From positions 1 through 32,849 of the forward strand of contig JAGGUC010000067.1 in assembly GCA_021158735.1 (NCBI GenBank): a DNA stretch of 32,849 nt, written 5' to 3'. The stretch is from Desulfurococcales archaeon (GTDB lineage Archaea > Thermoproteota > Thermoprotei_A > Sulfolobales > NBVN01). Below are positions 17,575 to 26,681 of this stretch, piece by piece. Made by a program: the position numbers and the translations under genes. The notes below the pieces were generated by a model. It made no database searches, was not told the DNA's origin, and was given only the letters and a program-made list of their open reading frames with translations. Every line of letters starts with the position of its first letter. Position 1 is the stretch's first letter.

Positions 17575-18643
17575 TATTAGCTATTCAGATGACTACTCTA
17601 AATGCGGCAGAGTACTTAGGTATCGGGGAGATCGGTGCTATAATTCCCAGTAGTTTCGCGGACATAGTAATACTTAACGACTTCAAGGAATTCAAAGTAA
17701 GTGAAGTGATCATGGAAGGGCAACTACTCATCAAGAACGGAAAGTTCCCCCGCGGTCTTGGCCCGAGATTTAAATATCCTGACAAAGTATACAAAACAAT
17801 AAATATGAGGAAGTTAGAGTCTCCATCAGACTTATTGATTAGGGTTGGTGTAGATGCTGGCGTAGCTGAGGTTATTGCTATAAGGGTGGTACCCGGCAAG
17901 ACCGTAACTAGAAGAGACAGGGTGTTAGTGAAGGTGCGTAATAAATACTTGAGGGTTACGGAGAGTCAGGACATTTCTCATGTCTGTGTTATTGAGAGAC
18001 ATCATGCGACAGGGGGTACTGGTCGTAGATTCGTAACGGGGCTTAGTTTAAGGCGGGTGCAGTAGCTCGGAGCATAGCTCATGACACGCACAACATAGTG
18101 GTTGTGGGTAAGAATCCAGTGGACATGTATGTAGCAGTCAATGAACTATCTATGATGAGTGGGGGTATGGTGTGCGTAGTTAATGGTAGGGTCGTCAGCA
18201 GTTTCTGAGGTAAGGTTTTTTATAGGTCTGTGTTGGTCTTTAGTTAGGAAGTACCTCCTAGATGTGTCCCCTGTGCCGTTGGGGACGAAGGGTGCCCATG
18301 ACCTCCACGTGAAGCGACTTGTAGCCACAATGAAGTGTGGAGTAGAGGCACAACCCGTCCTAGCAAGACCTACATAGACCTAGGACGGGAAACGGTTATC
18401 GGGAAAGTTACACTACCTACTGCTGGACTCATGTCAGATAAGAGATTTGAGGAGGTGGCTCAGGATATAGAGGATTTTGCTGGTGTAATGGGGACTGTGA
18501 ACTTAAGTTATCATGCAGTCTTCATGAACATAGCACTGTTGACACCTCCTGTAATTCCTGAGATAAGAATAACTGACAGGGGTTTAGTCGATGCTGTTGA
18601 AGGCAGACTTATCGAGCCCGTGCTGAATTTCAAGGAGTCATAG
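17575..18643 (+). pseudogene. ade: Adenine deaminase, C-terminal half only, frameshifted and interrupted by an insertion
   Basis: AIQMTTLNAAEY, ADIVI, VIERHH, SIAHDTHN, LPTAGLMS, VIPEIRITDRGL; N-terminal metal-binding half absent. Confidence 0.85.
18192..18395 (+). mobile_element. 204-bp non-autonomous IS607-family derivative retaining the TnpB C-terminal tail / omegaRNA region
   Basis: Excision restores ade frame NGRVIGKVTLP; GG at both junctions; subterminal 18-bp inverted repeats (16/18); terminal 10-bp hairpin; peptide KYLLDVSPVPLGTKGAHD resembles archaeal TnpB tails. Confidence 0.75.
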
Positions 18644-18698
18644 AAGTTATTCAGCATTTCTGCAGAAATAATTGATGGTGACTATATACTGTACGACC

Positions 18699-20513
18699 TT
18701 AAATAAGTCCTTTAAAGAACTTCTTCATGAGGTGCGCGAGGGCTTTCCTAGAGGTGACTATGGCGTCGTAACGTACACTTAGGAGTGACCTCAGCTTAAG
18801 CGATAAGAATCTCCTGTCAGCTAGAACTATGAAGGCCCTATCACGTCCAGACCTAATGGCCCGGCCTACAGCTTGAAGAGACCTTATTGCAGCGGGAACA
18901 GCCGTGGTTAGGTCTGTAGCTAATTTGCTTCCCAGTTTCTCACTGAGGTTTCTTCGCAGGTCACTAAGGTAGTCATCAGGCTGGGGGTACGGAACACCCA
19001 TTAAGGCAACTACCTTAATTAGTGACCTGCCCTCACCATCTAAAAGCTCTATTCCTTCAGTAAACTTACCGCTTGCTACCGCGTGAATTACTGCTTTGCT
19101 GCCGCCACTGATTATTGCGTCCAGAACTTCCGCGTAAGTTGTTCCTCTACCCTCAATTACCTGCTCCTTTACGTCAACTATGTTTATGGTTACTTCATCC
19201 ATGAACTGATAGCTAGGGTACACTGCCAGTATCACGCCCTTGTCCAACGACTCATACATTGAAGTTAGTAAGTCAGCGTACTTTAAGTACATCTCCTTAG
19301 CTCTTAACCTATAACTTGATGAAACAAATGTAACAACGGCATAAAACGTATTTTCTCTGGGAAAGACATTCCCGAATTCTTCTTCAACATCAACGTACAC
19401 GGTCACCTCACCGCATACAGAATCCATTACTTCCTTTGGAGGCATGGTCCCCGACATGAGGAGAACGCCCTTAGCCTCTGACAGCCTCTCAGTAATTATG
19501 TCGTAGTTCGTGGGTATGACCTTTAACTTCCTAATACCCTCAGCTCTATCTACGACACCGTATACTTGGAAATCATTTCTCCTCACGTAGTCCAGGAACT
19601 TAAGTACCTTATTAAGTGATGAACCAAGCCTGACGAAGTCTGCAGGCCGGACAACCAACTCTCTGAGTTGCTTGAGCTTGATCTCCATTAGGGTGTCCTC
19701 CAAGAGTTGCAGGATCCCTTCTCCAGGATGTATGAGGGCTTTCTCAATCCGCCTCAAAAGCCTAGACCTTACGTTCTTCAGAAGCTCTCTTAAGCTTACT
19801 AAGTACTTAAGGACTTCCTCACTAGGGCAGAAGTGCTTTACTTCTTTGATCGCATTATCTAGTGTTAACTCATCTAACTCACCCTCTATAATGGATTGCG
19901 GATTAAGGATTGTATGAGCTTCATCAACTATAACGTAGAAGTCACTCAAGCTTAAGTCAGTAAATGCAGTTCTGAATATTTCTTCTTGAAATAAGTACGG
20001 GTACGTAACCACTACTACCTTACTGTAGTATGCCTTACCCACGAGCGCGAAGAAGGGACATACCTTAAGCTGCGTAACTATAGAGTAAACAATTTGACGG
20101 GGGTCGCTTTCACCACCCTCAAGGATACGGGTAAGCTCGTCCTGATAGGGCACGCGGTCGAGGCTACTATAGAAGTCACATAATCCTCTAGACCTTAGGA
20201 TCCTGCAGTTCACCCAGAAATCCTCAGGCCTCACCTCAGAACCCCTCAGGAGCGGGCACATTTTACGCCCGCTGTAAATGAAGCTGAAGTCATAGCCCAG
20301 TTTCCTTGCTTCACGAATTACTGGTACCATTTCATTTCTTGTTCTTACTGCGTAAAGCACTTTTTCGGCTTCTCTATGAGCGATTAAAGCAACTACGGTC
20401 TTTCCAAATCCTGTCGGTGCCTTAAGAACAATGACGCTGCCTAAGTTCTTCCTGAGAGCTGATATAGATTCCTTCTGTCCCTTCCTGAACTTCTTATAGG
20501 GAAATTCCTTCAT
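18699..20513 (-). CDS. xpd: XPD/Rad3 Fe-S DNA helicase
   Basis: FPY..FRKGQ, APTGFGKT, four Fe-S cysteines, VDEAH, MSGT, EGIE, QAVGRAIR. Confidence 0.92.
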   Translation of the reverse strand: MKEFPYKKFRKGQKESISALRKNLGSVIVLKAPTGFGKTVVALIAHREAEKVLYAVRTRNEMVPVIREARKLGYDFSFIYSGRKMCPLLRGSEVRPEDFWVNCRILRSRGLCDFYSSLDRVPYQDELTRILEGGESDPRQIVYSIVTQLKVCPFFALVGKAYYSKVVVVTYPYLFQEEIFRTAFTDLSLSDFYVIVDEAHTILNPQSIIEGELDELTLDNAIKEVKHFCPSEEVLKYLVSLRELLKNVRSRLLRRIEKALIHPGEGILQLLEDTLMEIKLKQLRELVVRPADFVRLGSSLNKVLKFLDYVRRNDFQVYGVVDRAEGIRKLKVIPTNYDIITERLSEAKGVLLMSGTMPPKEVMDSVCGEVTVYVDVEEEFGNVFPRENTFYAVVTFVSSSYRLRAKEMYLKYADLLTSMYESLDKGVILAVYPSYQFMDEVTINIVDVKEQVIEGRGTTYAEVLDAIISGGSKAVIHAVASGKFTEGIELLDGEGRSLIKVVALMGVPYPQPDDYLSDLRRNLSEKLGSKLATDLTTAVPAAIRSLQAVGRAIRSGRDRAFIVLADRRFLSLKLRSLLSVRYDAIVTSRKALAHLMKKFFKGLI

Positions 20514-20616
20514 TGCGGTAGCACCGACACTATGCAGTCGTTAATGATGTGTTCTCCAGTGTAATAAATAGTAGGAGTTACTACTAACTTTATTTTTACT
20601 TACTTAGTCGTTTATT

Positions 20617-21516
20617 GTGGTAGAGGTAGGAGGTATGGGGATTGGACTCTACACTGTGGAGAATGTATCTAAGTACTCACTCTACATAGTAAAAGTAAAG
20701 AACGTGATCTTAACTACGAAGACAAAATACCAGGAGGTTCAGATAATTGAGCTTGAAGAGTATGGGAGAGCATTAATTTTAGATGGGTATATTCAGTCTG
20801 CAGAGGCTGATGAATACATATACCACGAGACATTAGTTCACCCTGTAATGGTGACTCACCCAAACCCGAGGAGGGTACTAATCATAGGGGGCGGTGAGGG
20901 AGCTACCTTAAGGGAAGTTCTCAAGCATGGCTGTGTGGAGGAGGCCGTCATGGTTGATATTGATGGGGAGCTTGTTGAGCTGGCCAAGAAGTACTTAGAC
21001 TTCATGCATCAGGGCGCGTTCTCTGACCCAAGAGCGAAGGTTATTATTAGCGATGGAATGAAGTACGTTAATGAGTGTGGTAGCTCAGTTTTTGATGTCG
21101 TCATCATAGACCTGACAGACCCTTACAGCTCGGAGATAGCTAAGTCACTGTATACTAAAGAATTCTACACCGATGTTAAGAATATACTGAAGGAGGATGG
21201 ACTAATAGTTACTCAGGCTGGCAACTCGTTCTTCTATACGGACGTATACTTGTACGTACTGAATAACTTGAAAGCAGTATTTCCTATAATCAGAGAGTAC
21301 TGGCAGTGGGTGCCGTCCTTCGGGTATGCGTGCAATTACATCATTGGTTCGCTAAAGTACGACCCGGCTGAGGTGGGTGAGGATAAGGTAGATGGGGTGC
21401 TCAGGGAGAGAGGTGTCAGAACAAAAATGTATTGTGGTGCCCACCACATAGCATTATTTAAGGAACCCATAGTTCATGGAAGGACTGTTGTTAGACAGCT
21501 GAAGTCGGACAGTTGA
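20617..21516 (+). CDS. speE: Polyamine aminopropyltransferase (spermidine synthase family)
   Basis: LILDG..QS, YHETLVHP, VLIIGGGEGATLRE, DVVIIDLTDP. Confidence 0.95.
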   Translation: MVEVGGMGIGLYTVENVSKYSLYIVKVKNVILTTKTKYQEVQIIELEEYGRALILDGYIQSAEADEYIYHETLVHPVMVTHPNPRRVLIIGGGEGATLREVLKHGCVEEAVMVDIDGELVELAKKYLDFMHQGAFSDPRAKVIISDGMKYVNECGSSVFDVVIIDLTDPYSSEIAKSLYTKEFYTDVKNILKEDGLIVTQAGNSFFYTDVYLYVLNNLKAVFPIIREYWQWVPSFGYACNYIIGSLKYDPAEVGEDKVDGVLRERGVRTKMYCGAHHIALFKEPIVHGRTVVRQLKSDS

Positions 21517-21544
21517 TATGAGCAGGTAATTGGTTCATACTACC

Positions 21545-22855
21545 CTATTTGGGTCTCACATGCCCCCATTTTCTCAGTGCTTCAGACAGCTCCTTATGTG
21601 TCTTAGCGTACTCCTCAAGCGGTGTGTTACTTAGGTAAGCCTCAATAGCCTGTCTGACTGCCATGCCCCCAGCTCTTGTCCCCCATGGATGCCCGGTAAC
21701 GCCTCCTCCCACCTGAATCAGTATGTCTACACCCATAAAGTCAAGTACTTGATGTAGGATTCCTGGGTGAAGCCCGCCTGAAGCTACGGGTAATACGGGC
21801 TTTAGTCCATACCATTTCTGCGTTTCTTTAATTGACTTAGCTTCTGGTTTGAATTCCTCTCTGGTCATAACATTCACGGTTTCCCGCAATTCTGCCATGT
21901 CGGCCTCCATCTTACCTACATTAGTGCCTACATGAATGTGGTCAACACCAGCTAATCTAGCTATCTTAGCTATTAAGTAAAACGAAACACCATGTTCCTT
22001 ACTTCTAGTGAATGCTGCATGGAATGCTCTGTGAGCATGGATAGCTAGTTTTAAGTCTTCGGCCTCCTCTCTCACAGTCTGAAGTGCTGCCCAGCCAGCA
22101 CATAAGATGTCGATCATGATGAAGTTATTGCCGTGATCAGCTACGGCCTTCATACGTCTAAGCATCTCACGTGTCTCAGCAGTTATGTTTACTAAGTAGC
22201 CTTTTCTCTCACCAGTTTCTTTTTCAGCTTTTTCTAGTGCCTTGACTACAGCGGCTAGTCTTTTCTCGAACTTATTGAAGCTTTGACTAGTCAGGTTTTC
22301 ATCATCTTTAATTAGGTCTACCCCTCCAGTAGCTATTTCGTACGCTACTTGAGCGTATTCTTCTGTTGTGAGTCCTACTTTAGGCTTAGGGACGGTAGCT
22401 AGTATGGGTCTGCCATGTACCTTCAGAATATCCCTGACACCCTTCACACCGAACTGCGGCCCTAGGAAGGACTTGACGTACTTTTCAGGGAACTTGATGT
22501 CAATAACTCTCAGTGCTTTGATAGCTCTCATGCCGAAGATATTGCCTAGGAGTGAGCTGAATAGCTGGGGTATGGAACCAAGCTCAAAGAGGTCTAACGG
22601 GTAAGCTACCTTAATTAGCCCGTCCTCACTCATGTAGTATACCTTCGCCATTAAATTCTTTATGTGGTCTTTGAGAGTAGTTAGTGTTGTCCAGGTGCCT
22701 ACACTGCTTTCTGAAGCAACCCTACCTGCAGCATCTGCTAAGCTGACACCTGGAGCTGGCCTTACCTTAAATACGGCGATTACATCGTGGGTTCCCGGAG
22801 TATATGATAAGTCGATGAAGTCTCTATACCATTCGAAATCTTGGTCTTCACTCAA
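21545..22855 (-). CDS. rbcL: Form III ribulose-1,5-bisphosphate carboxylase
   Basis: ESSVGTW, KPKVGL, GGVDLIKDDE, HAHRA, HVGT.VGKM, VASGG, GGG: catalytic motif set present. Confidence 0.93.
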   Translation of the reverse strand: MSEDQDFEWYRDFIDLSYTPGTHDVIAVFKVRPAPGVSLADAAGRVASESSVGTWTTLTTLKDHIKNLMAKVYYMSEDGLIKVAYPLDLFELGSIPQLFSSLLGNIFGMRAIKALRVIDIKFPEKYVKSFLGPQFGVKGVRDILKVHGRPILATVPKPKVGLTTEEYAQVAYEIATGGVDLIKDDENLTSQSFNKFEKRLAAVVKALEKAEKETGERKGYLVNITAETREMLRRMKAVADHGNNFIMIDILCAGWAALQTVREEAEDLKLAIHAHRAFHAAFTRSKEHGVSFYLIAKIARLAGVDHIHVGTNVGKMEADMAELRETVNVMTREEFKPEAKSIKETQKWYGLKPVLPVASGGLHPGILHQVLDFMGVDILIQVGGGVTGHPWGTRAGGMAVRQAIEAYLSNTPLEEYAKTHKELSEALRKWGHVRPK

Positions 22856-22903
22856 GACCTAACCCATTTAGGTATTCTACACCACTGTATTTAACCCCTA
22901 ATA

Positions 22904-23758
22904 TTACACTTGTTCCGTAGTAGACTTGATCATCTCATGCACTCTCTTCGATATGTTAATGATTCTCTTACTAACTTCTGATTCAGGATATGCGAGTGTT
23001 ATGGGGGTGCCGCTGTCGTTTGCTTCAGCTATGCGAGGGTCCAAGGGTATTTCCCCTAGGAACTCTATATTGTACTTTTCAGCTATTTCTTTTCCTGTTC
23101 CCTTCCCCAGCAACTTGTAGAGGGTCTTGCACTTAGGGCAGTAGAATCCTGACATGTTTTCTATTACACCAATGGGTCTGATACCAACCTGCTTAGCGAA
23201 AGCTATAGACCTGCCGACAACCTCTATGGATATTTCTGAAGGTATCGTTACAAAAAGGGCGCCATCAACTTTAGGTAAGTACTGAGCTACTGTTAATGCC
23301 TCATCACCCGTTCCGGGAGGCATGTCAATTACTAGGAAGTCGAGCTCACCCCAATTAACATCACTTACGAACTGCATGATGGCGGTAGTCTTAAGTGGTC
23401 CGCGCCAGACGACGGGTGTGTCGCTACTGGGTAGGAGGAAGTCTAACGACATAACCTTAACGCCGAGTGGACCTACAGCAGGCTCTATACCTTCAGTAGT
23501 TACTATAAGTTTTCTTCCCTTCAGTCCGAGCATCTTGGGTGCGGATGGGCCGTGGAAGTCAACATCCATCAGTCCAACCTTAAGGTTCAGTGAGGCTAGG
23601 GCTACAGCTAAGTTGGACGCGATAAAAGACTTCCCTACACCTCCTTTACCAGACATTATCACCAACCTGTGCTTCACTAACTTCATTTTCTCCTCAATAA
23701 TCTTGAGCCTCTCACGTACTTGTGGCGGAATAAAACGTGGTTTGCTTTCACTGGACAC
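22904..23758 (-). CDS. Mrp/Nbp35 (ApbC) Fe-S cluster carrier ATPase
   Basis: SGKGGVGKS, DFHGPS, VVWRGP, DMPPGTGD, ENMS.FYCPKC; GTG at 23758 after a GGTGA RBS is the likelier start than 23863. Confidence 0.92.
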   Translation of the reverse strand: MSSESKPRFIPPQVRERLKIIEEKMKLVKHRLVIMSGKGGVGKSFIASNLAVALASLNLKVGLMDVDFHGPSAPKMLGLKGRKLIVTTEGIEPAVGPLGVKVMSLDFLLPSSDTPVVWRGPLKTTAIMQFVSDVNWGELDFLVIDMPPGTGDEALTVAQYLPKVDGALFVTIPSEISIEVVGRSIAFAKQVGIRPIGVIENMSGFYCPKCKTLYKLLGKGTGKEIAEKYNIEFLGEIPLDPRIAEANDSGTPITLAYPESEVSKRIINISKRVHEMIKSTTEQV

Positions 23759-23862
23759 GGTATTCACCAGAATTAAATGGGTGGTACGGTAATTTAAGTA
23801 ATTGCGTGGGTACTTCAAATGCACTTGAGTATAGCTCTGTTGGTCTGTTAGCTCGTAGTGCA

Positions 23863-24666
23863 TTACCTCTCTATGACATGTATGGATCTTAGTTCTATTG
23901 TTGTTACACTGCCATTTATGCTGAGGATGAGTTTTACGGGTAATTTAAATTTGTTTTCATACCATACTGTAGCAGTAATGCTATACGCAGTGGTGTTGCT
24001 TAACGGTAGCGAGTAGGTGTACCTAATCTTAATCGTGCTCGCATTTCCTAGTTTACCTAAGTCAAGTACCTCACTTCCCATGAGCTCTTTACTTAAGTTA
24101 CCTCTCAAGGTTCGGTTAAGGACTTCATAATTTAAGAACATATTTGAGATATTGTCTGTGTAGCCGTATAGCGTGTTAACCCCTGTCAGCATCAGCAGGT
24201 CAATTAAGTATGGTGCTCTAAGGTATAGTATGTGGTAGCCGCTGATAGTCTTATTTTCTGTTGTCGTCTCATTACCGACCTTTGTTCCTGCAGGTATTGT
24301 TACTTCGTAGTAAAAGATCCTGACTTGAATAAAATCCTTAACACCCATGACATAGTTTCCGCAGGGCACGTCCCCCCTTACGTAGTACCATAAGTCAATA
24401 CTAACATTGCTGTTATTCTGCACAACGACTTTCTCCAAACCTTCATATAGCCTACTGATGTCCTCCACAGCTTCTATGCCTTCCTGCTTCTGCATTGAAG
24501 CATAAACAAGATTATAGCCCACATAAGCAATCACAGCAATAATGACTATCACAGCTACTATGTCCCACCGCACACGCTTCAACCTGAGAGAAGGACCCTT
24601 CCTAACCTTCTTTTTCTTAATTATCTTACCTGTTTCCTTTTCCTTGCGTTTACCCACAACAAGCAC
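23863..24666 (-). CDS. Membrane-anchored hypothetical protein
   Basis: Basic N-terminus, one TM helix, extracellular domain with several N-x-S/T sequons. Confidence 0.75.
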   Translation of the reverse strand: MLVVGKRKEKETGKIIKKKKVRKGPSLRLKRVRWDIVAVIVIIAVIAYVGYNLVYASMQKQEGIEAVEDISRLYEGLEKVVVQNNSNVSIDLWYYVRGDVPCGNYVMGVKDFIQVRIFYYEVTIPAGTKVGNETTTENKTISGYHILYLRAPYLIDLLMLTGVNTLYGYTDNISNMFLNYEVLNRTLRGNLSKELMGSEVLDLGKLGNASTIKIRYTYSLPLSNTTAYSITATVWYENKFKLPVKLILSINGSVTTIELRSIHVIER

Positions 24667-24779
24667 CTCAACTACAGATTAAGTTAGCGTAAACCCTATT
24701 TAATATTTAAGAACCAGAAATAATAATCACAGAGAAAAATTTAACTACAGAGTAGATAAAGTAGTTAGTGCTGAAGGAA

Positions 24780-24855
24780 GCCGCCGTAGCTCAGCCGGTA
24801 GAGCGCCGGCCTCGTAAGCCGGTGGTCGCGGGTTCAAATCCCGCCGGCGGCTCCA
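24780..24855 (+). tRNA. tRNA-Thr(CGT), intronless, CCA encoded
   Basis: GCCGCCG-TA-GCTC-AGCCGGTA-GAGC-G-CCGGC-CT-CGT-AA-GCCGG-TGGTC-GCGGG-TTCAAAT-CCCGC-CGGCGGC-T-CCA. Confidence 0.97.
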
Positions 24856-24928
24856 CTCACCCTAAGTTCTTCATGAAAACTTATATACCCCTCAGGCGGT
24901 TCCCGTTTCTTGGAGGTTCCGGGAACTC

Positions 24929-26212
24929 GTGTTCGAACTCGGTTCTGATGTTGAGTGGTATGAGAGGGTTAGGGTTGAAGCTTTAGGTGACGATGTTAGG
25001 CTTAGTATTTTAAGGGCTGTTAAGAATAAGCTTGGATTTAATGGGGCTTGTAGTGCTTTAGGTATTGCTAAGTCAAGCCTCCATAGGTATCTTTCAGGTA
25101 AGCGTAAGATACCTAGTGATGTTGTTAAGAAGGCGCTTAGACACCTTGAGAGGGAGGAGTTTGAATCCATTGTTAGTGAATGGGATAAACTCAGGGCTCT
25201 AGGTGTTATAAGCGATAAGGGAGTTGTAGATTATGGTCTTGCACTTAAGATACTGGGGCTAGCATCTAAAGACGAGTACTTAAAGAATGCTATCTTGAAA
25301 TTTGTCGTCCAAGAATTTAGAGACGATCTTAGGAAAATGCTTGGAATAAGTTTTGTAGGAATTAAGCTGGAGTGGAGTGAGAATTTCGAATACTTCCTCA
25401 TGGAGCGTAAGAAACGTAGGAAAGTAAAAGACCCAGAAACACTAAAATACTATAAAAGCCTATTCGAAAAGTACTTGCAGGGTAAGGAGCTTTCAGAGAA
25501 GCTAATAGACTATGTAGTTAACCATCCAAATAGGTGGCTTAGAAACGTGTTTAGACACTACATACAGTACCTATACTTTAAGAGGAAAATATCACCTGAA
25601 ACATTTGGTTGGATTATGGAGGTTGTTCCTAGCAGGAGCTACAAGCTAGATGTGAGGCCATACCAGATATCTCTAGAAGACTTGAGGAAAACATTAGCAT
25701 TCCTTAAAGAGAAACACCAGCTATACTACACGATCTACAAAGCCATGCTTGAGTCAGGTGCTAGGTTCGAACATGTACTTAGGATGTTTGAAAAATGGAA
25801 TCCTAGCGAAGTAATTGAAATCCCAGGGTTAAACATTATTACCAAGAGGCTTGTATGTTTCGAGGATAGAGGTTTCTGCAGATACTACATGGGCTTAAGG
25901 GGTTCTGAGAAACCATGTGAGTGGGTGTACTTCAGCGCAGACACACTCAAACTACTACGGGAATTCGCTTCTAAACACGTCAACAGACACCAGGTCAGTA
26001 AGTACGCTAAGAGGCACAACCTGATACTGCCCAAATACATGAGGAAGGCTTCGTGGAGGCTTATGGTGAAGGCCGTGCCTAGGGAAGTAGCTAGGTTCAT
26101 CCAGTCTAGGTTCGGGGAGCTTAGAGTTAGTGAGGCGAGGTACGAGGACTTACTTGGTGAGGCTGATGAGGAGTATCCCAAATATCTAGGGATGGTTAGG
26201 GAGTACCTGTAA
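24929..26212 (+). CDS. Tyrosine integrase, pNOB8-type, apparently intact
   Basis: N-terminal HTH (LGIAKSSLHRYLSGKRKIP); ESGAR, KYMRK, FIQSR, ARYEDL. Confidence 0.9.
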   Translation: MFELGSDVEWYERVRVEALGDDVRLSILRAVKNKLGFNGACSALGIAKSSLHRYLSGKRKIPSDVVKKALRHLEREEFESIVSEWDKLRALGVISDKGVVDYGLALKILGLASKDEYLKNAILKFVVQEFRDDLRKMLGISFVGIKLEWSENFEYFLMERKKRRKVKDPETLKYYKSLFEKYLQGKELSEKLIDYVVNHPNRWLRNVFRHYIQYLYFKRKISPETFGWIMEVVPSRSYKLDVRPYQISLEDLRKTLAFLKEKHQLYYTIYKAMLESGARFEHVLRMFEKWNPSEVIEIPGLNIITKRLVCFEDRGFCRYYMGLRGSEKPCEWVYFSADTLKLLREFASKHVNRHQVSKYAKRHNLILPKYMRKASWRLMVKAVPREVARFIQSRFGELRVSEARYEDLLGEADEEYPKYLGMVREYL

Positions 26213-26373
26213 TTTAATTCACTAGGTACTCAAGACTTCAGGGGGACACAGGTCTATACGACCTAAGCATAACCGCACACTGCTCAACAACCAGCAAAGG
26301 TAGCTAACCTAGAGTTCTTTGCCGTAGTAACTTATTAGGTTCTGGCGGTAGCTTAGGTGGGTAGTAGATTTGC

Positions 26374-26523
26374 GTGCTAGGTGTTGTTAAGTTAGAGGAA
26401 GTCTACGTTAAAGCACCTACCGGTACGGAGGGGGCTGTGGGTGTGTACCTAGTTAAGTGCCTTAACTGCAGAGAGCTCTACATACTACCCACACGGATAC
26501 ACCCAATCCCTGCAGTACCCTAA
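26374..26523 (+). CDS. Possible 49-aa protein or gene fragment with CxxC
   Basis: MLGVVKLEEVYVKAPTGTEGAVGVYLVKCLNCRELYILP... Confidence 0.3.
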   Translation: MLGVVKLEEVYVKAPTGTEGAVGVYLVKCLNCRELYILPTRIHPIPAVP

Positions 26524-26681
26524 ACGGCGTAAGAACCTACCTCTAAGTGATGTACGTTGAGTAAGGATAGTTGACTATACATACCTATGTTTAATGATTA
26601 TCCATTGATGACGCCTTCGCCGACTGACACCTCCCACGCTACGTAACCCAATTACATTATTAGGAGTAACTTTTTGTCTGA

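Noticed and set aside
21545-22855. RuBisCO-like protein (form IV)
   Set aside because: All catalytic motifs, including HAHR, H-x-GT-x-x-GK and SGG, are present
24768-24986. 72-aa ORF over the tRNA
   Set aside because: Translation of tRNA-Thr, not a protein gene
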